From: Blastocatellia bacterium
Lineage (GTDB): Bacteria > Acidobacteriota > Blastocatellia > RBC074
Direction of reading: 5' to 3'
DNA: 64,000 nucleotides
Assembly: GCA_035429885.1 (NCBI GenBank)
Contig: DAOMFR010000019.1
Coordinates: 67 to 64,066 of the forward strand
Both the position numbers and the translations under genes were made by a program. This document shows positions 57,287 through 64,000 of this stretch, piece by piece. The stretch's first letter is position 1. Each line of letters starts with the position of its first letter. The notes beneath the pieces are model-generated. The model made no database searches, was not told where the DNA came from, and was given only the letters and a program-made list of their open reading frames with translations.

Positions 57287-57655
57287 ATGCCCAAAATATT
57301 GCTTGTAGAAGATAACGAAATGAATCGCGACATGCTTTCGCGGCGGTTGGCGCGGAAAAATTATGAAGTCGTCATGGCCGTGGATGGGCTGGAAGCCGTC
57401 GCCAAAGCGCAAAGCGAACAGCCTGATTTGATCTTGATGGACATTAGTTTGCCGGTCATTGATGGGCGCGAAGCGACGCGCCGCATTCGGGCTACGGAAG
57501 AAACCAAATCCATTCCCATCCTCGCCCTGACGGCGCACGCGATGGCGGGTGACCGCGATCAGGCGCTGGAGGCGGGTTGTGATGATTACGAAACCAAACC
57601 GATAGACCTGCCGCGTTTGCTCGATAAAATCGAAGCCTTACTGAACCGGGTATGA
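57287..57655 (+). CDS. Single-domain response regulator (receiver only)
   Basis: I prefer the ATG at 57287 (MPKILLVEDNEMNRD...LMDISLPVIDG...ETKP). The longer ORF-track start at 57116 would translate through the hairpin element. Confidence 0.85.
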   Translation: MPKILLVEDNEMNRDMLSRRLARKNYEVVMAVDGLEAVAKAQSEQPDLILMDISLPVIDGREATRRIRATEETKSIPILALTAHAMAGDRDQALEAGCDDYETKPIDLPRLLDKIEALLNRV

Positions 57656-59346
57656 ACGAAACGGAAATCCCCACAGAACAAAGCGGGCGCACGATGCTGG
57701 CGCATTTGCGGCATGAATTGCGCACGCCTCTGAATGCCGTCATCGGTTACAGCGAAATGTTGCTGGAAGACGCCGACGCCGACGAGTTTGGTTCGGTGTT
57801 GCGGCGGATGCTGGCTGCCGGAAGGGAATTGCTGAGTGTCGTCAACGAATTGCTCGACCCGGCGGCGCTGGTGCAAAAGATGGCCGGGCAAACCGTCGCG
57901 CAATTTGTTGCCACGGCACAACGCCAATTGCGCACCTCGTTGACCACGGTTTCCGGTTACTGCGAATTGCTGTTGGAAGAAGGCGCTGAAACCGGACGCG
58001 AAGAATTTGCCGCTGATCTCGAACGCATTCAACAAGCCGCCGCCCGCTTTCTGACGTTGATTGACAGCGTGATCGATTGGGCGCTAGTCGAACAGGAAGT
58101 CGAACAATTCGCGCGCGCCAACGTTCCTGCGAGCACGCAAACAGGTGCGGATGCGTCGCCAATACCTGACAGCCTGGAATCACTGCGCACGGCAACGGGT
58201 TCATTGCTGGTGGTGGATGACAACGAAGTTAATCGCGATTTGCTCTCGCGCCGGTTGGTGCGCGAAGGGCATCAGGTGGCCGAGGCCGTCAATGGACGGC
58301 AGGCGCTGGAAATGATCGAACAAGGCGCGTTTGATCTGGTGCTGCTGGACGTGATGATGCCGGAACTGAACGGGCACGAAGTGCTCGAACACCTGCAACG
58401 CGAAGGCCGCTTGCGGGATTTGCCTGTCATTATGCTTTCGGCTGGTGGTGAACTTGAAAGCATCGTGCAGTGCATTAGCCTTGGCGCAGAAGATTATTTG
58501 TCCAAACCTTATGACCCGATTTTGCTGCGCGCCCGCATCAACGCCAGCCTGGAAAAGAAACGGCTTCGCGACCGTTTGCGCGAACAGTTGCGCGCTATCG
58601 AACAGGAACTCAACGTTGCCGCGCGCATTCAGCAATCCATCCTGCCGCGCAAATTTCCCGTCAACGAGCATCTGGAAATCTTTGCCGAAATGACGCCCGC
58701 GCGCGCCATCGGCGGAGACTTTTATGATTTCTTTCCGATTGGAGGGCCGAATGATGAAACGCGCTTCGGTTTTGCCATTGCCGATGTTTCGGGCAAAGGC
58801 GCTCCGGCGGCGCTGTTTATGGCGCTCAGCCGCGCCTTTCTGAAAGCAACTGCCAGCGAGGGCAGCGAAGGCATGTCAGCGGGCGAATGCCTGACCCGTG
58901 TCAATCGCCTGATTCAAGCGGAAAACCACACGAGGATGTTTGTCACGGCGTTTTACGGCATCCTGAATTTGCAAACCGGAGCAGTTGAATTTGCCAATGC
59001 GGGCCACAACCATCCGTATCTGTTGCGCGCGGGCAATCCGCCCGTGATGCTCGATCATCGCAACTCACTTGTGCTCGGCATGCGCAAAGCCGTGGAATAT
59101 CCCACCCATCAGTTGCAATTGCAGCCGGGCGACCGCCTGTTTCTGTACACCGATGGCGTGACCGAGGCGATGACGGAGCAAGGCGAAGAGTTTTCCGAAG
59201 AGCGGCTCGCCCAGGCCTTGGCGCGAGCCGAGCAGTGTTCCTTGCAGGAAACGACACGTTTGGTCAGTGACGCTGTGCGAGAATTCGCTGACGGTGCGCC
59301 GCAATCCGACGACCTGACGATGCTTATCGTTCAATACAATGGATGA
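57652..59346 (+). CDS. Tandem DHp(HisKA)-like domains without an ATPase domain, plus REC and a PP2C/SpoIIE phosphatase
   Basis: ATGA overlap with the upstream regulator. DHp1 has H21 in [19 protein letters not shown]. DHp2 has Arg at the equivalent position (QRQLRTSLTTVSGYCELL). REC (LLVVDDNEVNRD...LLDVMMPELNG). PP2C motifs (GGDFYDF, IADVSGKGAPAALFMA, YTDGVTEA, DDLTML). No N/G1/G2 ATP-binding boxes. Confidence 0.85.
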   Translation: MNETEIPTEQSGRTMLAHLRHELRTPLNAVIGYSEMLLEDADADEFGSVLRRMLAAGRELLSVVNELLDPAALVQKMAGQTVAQFVATAQRQLRTSLTTVSGYCELLLEEGAETGREEFAADLERIQQAAARFLTLIDSVIDWALVEQEVEQFARANVPASTQTGADASPIPDSLESLRTATGSLLVVDDNEVNRDLLSRRLVREGHQVAEAVNGRQALEMIEQGAFDLVLLDVMMPELNGHEVLEHLQREGRLRDLPVIMLSAGGELESIVQCISLGAEDYLSKPYDPILLRARINASLEKKRLRDRLREQLRAIEQELNVAARIQQSILPRKFPVNEHLEIFAEMTPARAIGGDFYDFFPIGGPNDETRFGFAIADVSGKGAPAALFMALSRAFLKATASEGSEGMSAGECLTRVNRLIQAENHTRMFVTAFYGILNLQTGAVEFANAGHNHPYLLRAGNPPVMLDHRNSLVLGMRKAVEYPTHQLQLQPGDRLFLYTDGVTEAMTEQGEEFSEERLAQALARAEQCSLQETTRLVSDAVREFADGAPQSDDLTMLIVQYNG

Positions 59347-59378
59347 GCGATCATCTAAATCAAACCAGAAATATCGGA

Positions 59379-59453
59379 ACAGGATTTACAAGATTGGCAC
59401 GATGAACATGAGGATTAGCAAGCCGGTATGAGGGCAATCCTGTAAATCTTGTC
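59379..59453. repeat. Inverted arrays of about 9-bp ACAGGATT-type units
   Basis: ACAGGATTTACAAGATTG (59379-59396) pairs with CAATCCTGTAAATCTTGT (59436-59453), 16 of 18 complementary. Each arm is built from about 9-bp (A/T)ACA(G/A)GATT units. A further unit lies in the loop. Confidence 0.7.
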
Positions 59454-59471
59454 ATTCCTGTGCTGGTGTAG

Positions 59472-62400
59472 ATGCGTATGCCGAATTGTGAATGCAACGC
59501 CAAGAAACATGCCGCAAGCCGAATTGCTGCGCGCGGACGCAAATGGCTCTGGGTCATGTGGGTGATGTGTGCCTGCGTGTGGTCTGTTCGCGCTCAATAT
59601 CGCTTCGATCACTGGACCGCGGACAACGGGCTGCCGCAGAACTCCGTGCGCGACATCGTGCAAACGCGTGACGGGTATTTGTGGTTTACGACCTTTGACG
59701 GATTGGTGCGCTTTGACGGCGTTCGGTTCACCGTGTTCAACAAGAGCAATACGCCGGGGATTCCCAGCAATCGGTTTTACGCGATTTTGGAAGACCGTCA
59801 GGGGGACTTGTGGGCGACGCTGGAAACCGGCGAAGTCGTGCGGCGGCATCAAGGCCGATTTACCAGTTTCAATCGGGCACACGGTTTGTCAGGAGAGATC
59901 AATCCTTCCTTGGTGGAAGACGAACAGGGCAACCTGCTGATTACTTATTACGGGCTGAATTTTGACGAACAGGGCAACTCCGTAATGGACATCAAGCGAG
60001 TCTATCGGTGGGCGGCTGGGCGCTTCGAACCAGCCGCGGAGCTGCGCTACGATTTCGCGGCGCTGCCCATACCGGCGGCAGAGGCGATTACGACAACCTG
60101 GGGCAAAATCATTGGGGGGGATTACTGGATTGTCACCCGTCAACGTTTTATTCGCTATCGAAAAGGCGGCGGCGTTCAAACGTACCACGAACGAAATGGG
60201 TTGCCGGGAAAACCCCTCGTTCTGCTTGGGGGAGCTTCGTCAGCAACACAGGTCTTTACGCGGGATGCGGCGGGCCGTCTTTGGTTGACGGATTTACAAT
60301 CCTGGCAAAGCCAACTGCTAAGCTCGCAGATACCGGCAGGGTTTGATCTGTGGATGGGGTACGCGGATGTAGAAGGGAACTATTGGTTTAGCAGCAATAA
60401 CAATGGCCTGTTTCGCGCCCGCCGGCAAACGATTGCCACACCCGCGAAGTTGCTGGAACAACATATACAAGAGGTTTACTCACTGCTGGAAAGCCATGAC
60501 GGCGCACTCTGGATTGGGACCGCTGGCAGCGCGCTTCAAGCGGTATTCAGATTCAAGGATGGCACGTTAACGCAATATCCTCCTGCGGAAATCAAAGATG
60601 CCCAGTCGTTTGGGGGAGCGGTCAGTTCGCTGTTCGAGGATCGCGCCGGGCAGATTTGGGTGAATGGGTTCTGGCGTCTGGTGGAAGGCCGCTATCTTTC
60701 TGCGCCCTGGGCTGAGGCATTGGAGTTCCAAAATAAAACTTTCAACTGGACGATGTGCGAAGACCGTGCGGGCGCGTATTGGTTCGGTTCGACAAATGGC
60801 GTCGTGCGCGTTCAAAACGGAGCGGTTACGCAATTCACGACCAAAGACGGCCTCGCGGGCAATGACACTAAAGTCATCATTGAAGACGGCCAAGGCGGCC
60901 TTTGGCTGGGCAGTTACGGCGGGTTGACCCATTACCGCGACGGCAAGTTCACTGCCTGGACAGAAAAAGACGGTTTGCCGGGCGCAACGGTGCGGGCGCT
61001 CAAGCTCGACAGCGACGGAACACTCTGGATTGGCACCTATGACAGCGGCCTGGCGCGTTTCAAAGGCGGGCGCTTCACCAGCTACACAACCAAAGACGGC
61101 TTGTTTGATAACGGCGTCTTTCAAATCCTGGAAGATGATTTCGGCTGGTTCTGGATGAGTTGCAATCGCGGCATTTACCGCGTGCGCAAACAGGAATTGC
61201 TGGATTTCGCCGACGGCAAAACCAAAACGCTGACTTGTCTGGCTTATAACCAAAGCGACGGCATGCCGAGCAGCGAATGCAATGGTGGACGTTGGCCCGC
61301 TGGAGTCAAAACCCGCGATGGCAAGCTCTGGTTTCCGACGATGGGCGGCGTCGCGATGATTGATCCCACGCAGATCAAAGCCAATACCCAACCGCCGCCG
61401 GTCGTGCTGGAAGAGTTACGCATAAACAATCAGCCCGCTTCTTTGGACGCCTGGGATGCCGCCATTCAAAATCCAAACTTTGCCCTTCAGATTTATCCGG
61501 GGCAGGATAATTTCGAGATTGCCTACACGGCGCTGAGCTTCATCAACTCGGAAAACATGCGCTTCAAGTACAAGCTGGAAGGCGCGGATGCCGATTGGGT
61601 GGACGCAGGCACGCGGCGCACGGCGTACTTTTCGCATCTCGCGCCGGGCTCTTACACCTTTCACGTAATTGCGGCGAATGCCGACGGAGTGTGGAACGAG
61701 AAGGGGGCCAGCGTGCGCATCACCGTCGTGCCGCCGTTCTGGCGTACCTGGTGGTTTGTTGCGCTGGCGGGGGTAAGCGTAGCAGGTTTGATTGTCGGCG
61801 CTGTGGTTTACCGCGACCAACAGCAAAAACGCCGCCTGGCTGCGCAACAAGCCGCGCAACAGGCTTTCGCCCGTCAGTTGATCGAATCGCAGGAAACCGA
61901 ACGCAAACGCATCGCTGCCGAGTTGCACGACAGCCTTGGGCAGAATTTGCTGATCGTCAAAAACCGCGCGCAGCTTGGGCAGCTTGCCGCCCAACAAAAA
62001 GATCCGGAGTTGCTGGAACAGTTCGAATGGATCGTCCATTCGGCGTCGCAATCTCTTGAGGAAGTCCGCGAGATTGCGCAAAACCTGCGGCCCTATCACC
62101 TTGACCGGCTGGGGCTGACCAAAGCGCTGGAAGTGATGATCGAGAAAGTGGCGGGCACGACGAAAATTCGGTTTGTCACGGAGCTTGTGCCGCTGGATGA
62201 TTTGTTCAGCAAAGAAGACGCGATCACGCTGTATCGCGTCGTGCAGGAAAGCCTTAACAACATTGTCAAACACGCCCAAGCCACTGAAGCGCGTGTCAGC
62301 GTCAGACGCACGACCGATTCCGTCACGCTGACGATTCACGATAATGGGCGAGGTTTTTCGCCGCTGGACGTTGCCGCCAAACCGCCCGGCTTCGGCTTGC

Positions 62401-62521
62401 ACGGGATGGCGGAACGCGTGCGAATGCTGGGCGGCGAATGGCAACTTGACTCGCAGGAGGGACAAGGCACGACTGTGACAATTCATTTCGCCTTGCCGAT
62501 TTCGATTACGAGAGGAACCAA

Positions 62522-62525
<4 letters not shown>
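59472..62525 (+). CDS. Sensor histidine kinase: propeller repeats, Y_Y_Y, TM, HisKA_3 (NarX/DegS type), HATPase_c
   Basis: Propeller repeats (GLPQNSVRDIVQTRDGYLWFTT...). YTFHVIAANADGVW...PPFWRTWWF followed by a TM segment. H-box RKRIAAELHDSLGQNL, then HDNGRGF and GFGLHGMAERV. Confidence 0.9.
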
Positions 62526-63178
<653 letters not shown>

Positions 63179-63185
63179 ACACCCC

Positions 63186-63272
63186 ATGCGGTACAGGGAG
63201 CGGTAGCGACCTGACGACTCGGAGTTGCCTACATTCAGCAGTACGAGGTTGCTACCGCTCCCCGTGCCGCAT
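63186..63272. repeat. Long imperfect hairpin (26-nt arms) downstream of the LuxR-type regulator
   Basis: ATGCGGTACAGGGAGCGGTAGCGACC (63186-63211) pairs with GGTTGCTACCGCTCCCCGTGCCGCAT (63247-63272). 23 of 26 positions are Watson-Crick. Of the three mismatches, two could be G-U pairs in RNA. Confidence 0.8.
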
Positions 63273-63279
63273 CCGCTTA

Positions 63280-63333
63280 GGTAGAACTACCTAACAAATT
63301 CCGTAGTTCTACCCAATGCAAAAGGGTAGTTCC
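63280..63333. promoter_or_regulatory. Perfect 11-bp inverted repeat plus a third half-site (candidate operator)
   Basis: GGTAGAACTAC (63280-63290), a 12-nt spacer, then GTAGTTCTACC (63303-63313). A related GGTAGTTCC lies at 63325-63333. The site is about 75 nt upstream of the decayed REC gene start. Confidence 0.3.
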
Positions 63334-63407
63334 GCCGATTACAACCGTCACAGGTTGTTGCATTCTTCAGACCGTCCACAAACGCAATTCCAGCACACAG
63401 GAGATTC

Positions 63408-63713
63408 ATGAAGGCCTTGATTGTCGAAGACCATGCCGACATGCGCCAGTTGATCCGCTCGGTGAAGCCGTTCACGTCGGCGGACTGGGTAATGACGGAT
63501 TCGGAGGTGCTGAGCGTGGACAGGCTGGAAGCGACGCGGCTTTTGCGAGCGACCTCCCCGAAGCGCGGATCGCGTCATCATCCCTAATACGGAAATAAGC
63601 GTTTGCGCGCCGCCACGCGAAGCGGGCGAGCGCGCCACCTGTTGAAAGAAGACCTGCTGGCCATTCGCAGGATGGTCAGTCCCACACACAACGGCGGATC
63701 TGCTGATGGATAG
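63408..63713 (+). pseudogene. Decayed stand-alone receiver-domain gene
   Basis: A good start (AGGAG, MKALIVEDHADMRQLIRSV) is followed by an apparent ~30-codon gap. Next come a mutated acidic-pocket segment (ADWVMTD), LEATRLLRA and an in-frame TAA at 63585. REC-like pieces continue in other frames (PEARI / RVII / REAGERA, then HLLKEDLLAIRRMV). Confidence 0.5.
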
Positions 63714-63795
63714 AAGCTCTCCGAAGTGACGCTTGACTGCATAGCAAGACTTCACTGAGCACACAGCAATCCGCACACCCTAAAGGAGTGCTGCG

Positions 63796-64000
63796 ATGAA
63801 TAAAAAATTGCGATTGATCTGGTTGGTTCTCACGACTGGTATCGTCCTGGGCTTCGGCCAGTGGCAGACCGCGTCTGCAGCCACCTACACCGTCACGAGC
63901 CTCGGCGATGGCACCGCCAGCGCCACACGTTGTCCGAGCACGACGAATTGTCGCCTGCGCGATGCAATCGCAAAAGCAGTGGCTGGCGATACGATCACCT
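63796..64000 (+). CDS. Secreted protein, N-terminal fragment (CSLREA-type beta-helix protein start), truncated by the window end
   Basis: AAAGGAG SD and a signal peptide (MNKKLRLIWLVLTTGIVLGF...ASA). ATYTVTSLGDG...CRLRDAIAKAVAGDTIT resembles the conserved N-terminus of CSLREA-domain proteins. Confidence 0.6.
   Translation, partial: MNKKLRLIWLVLTTGIVLGFGQWQTASAATYTVTSLGDGTASATRCPSTTNCRLRDAIAKAVAGDTIT

Noticed and set aside
63348-63776. A 142-aa minus-strand ORF covering the region I call a decayed REC gene
   Set aside because: Its Arg-rich product has no motifs. The plus strand shows a proper SD/ATG and several receiver-domain fragments, which favours the pseudogene interpretation.

Overview
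The window is a gene-dense stretch of bacterial chromosome. I found no rRNA, tRNA, CRISPR array, transposase or integrase. The gene content suggests an Acidobacteriota-like soil bacterium: CarboxypepD_reg-TonB receptors, DUF1501, PA14/cohesin/dockerin surface proteins and beta-propeller Y_Y_Y histidine kinases. That placement is an inference, not a computed result.

Layout, left to right:
- 39-4034, + strand: an FHA protein, a secreted amidohydrolase and an M20 dipeptidase.
- 4119-16337, - strand: two translationally linked giant ORFs (1880 aa and 2179 aa) in which I recognise no family signature.
- 16735-21745: ybaK, a BlaI/BlaR1-like pair and a TonB-dependent receptor.
- 21846-30844, - strand: a six-gene array. 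Its upstream part encodes three membrane-associated redox proteins. The first combines cNMP-binding domains, a four-cluster ferredoxin and a 5-TM domain with two H-x13-H pairs. The second is an FHA-TM-heptaheme cytochrome c. The third is a TM-anchored ferredoxin-flavoprotein. A PIG-L deacetylase, xthA and DUF1501 make up the rest.
- 31097-33855: an S8 protease, two small ORFs and a LOG-family gene.
- 33859-41412: two tandem surface proteins that share a dockerin-like plus cohesin-like C-terminal module.
- 41724-46882: an ester cyclase, an IscU-like protein, and GlcE and GlcF separated by a CPA2 antiporter and an untracked 57-aa zinc-ribbon ORF.
- 47049-63178, + strand: a 16-kb run of eight signalling genes. 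It holds three propeller-type histidine kinases, three receiver-only or LuxR regulators and two REC-PP2C phosphatases.
- 63408-64000: a decayed REC pseudogene and the start of a secreted protein.

The two candidates I rate highest are the giant ORF pair and the proposed signal-gated NAD(P)H-to-multiheme transmembrane electron conduit. Secondary observations are short tandem micro-repeats inserted in frame in three genes, several long imperfect intergenic hairpins, and a kinase-less tandem DHp protein. All functional calls rest on motifs read by eye from the translations. No database search was run.
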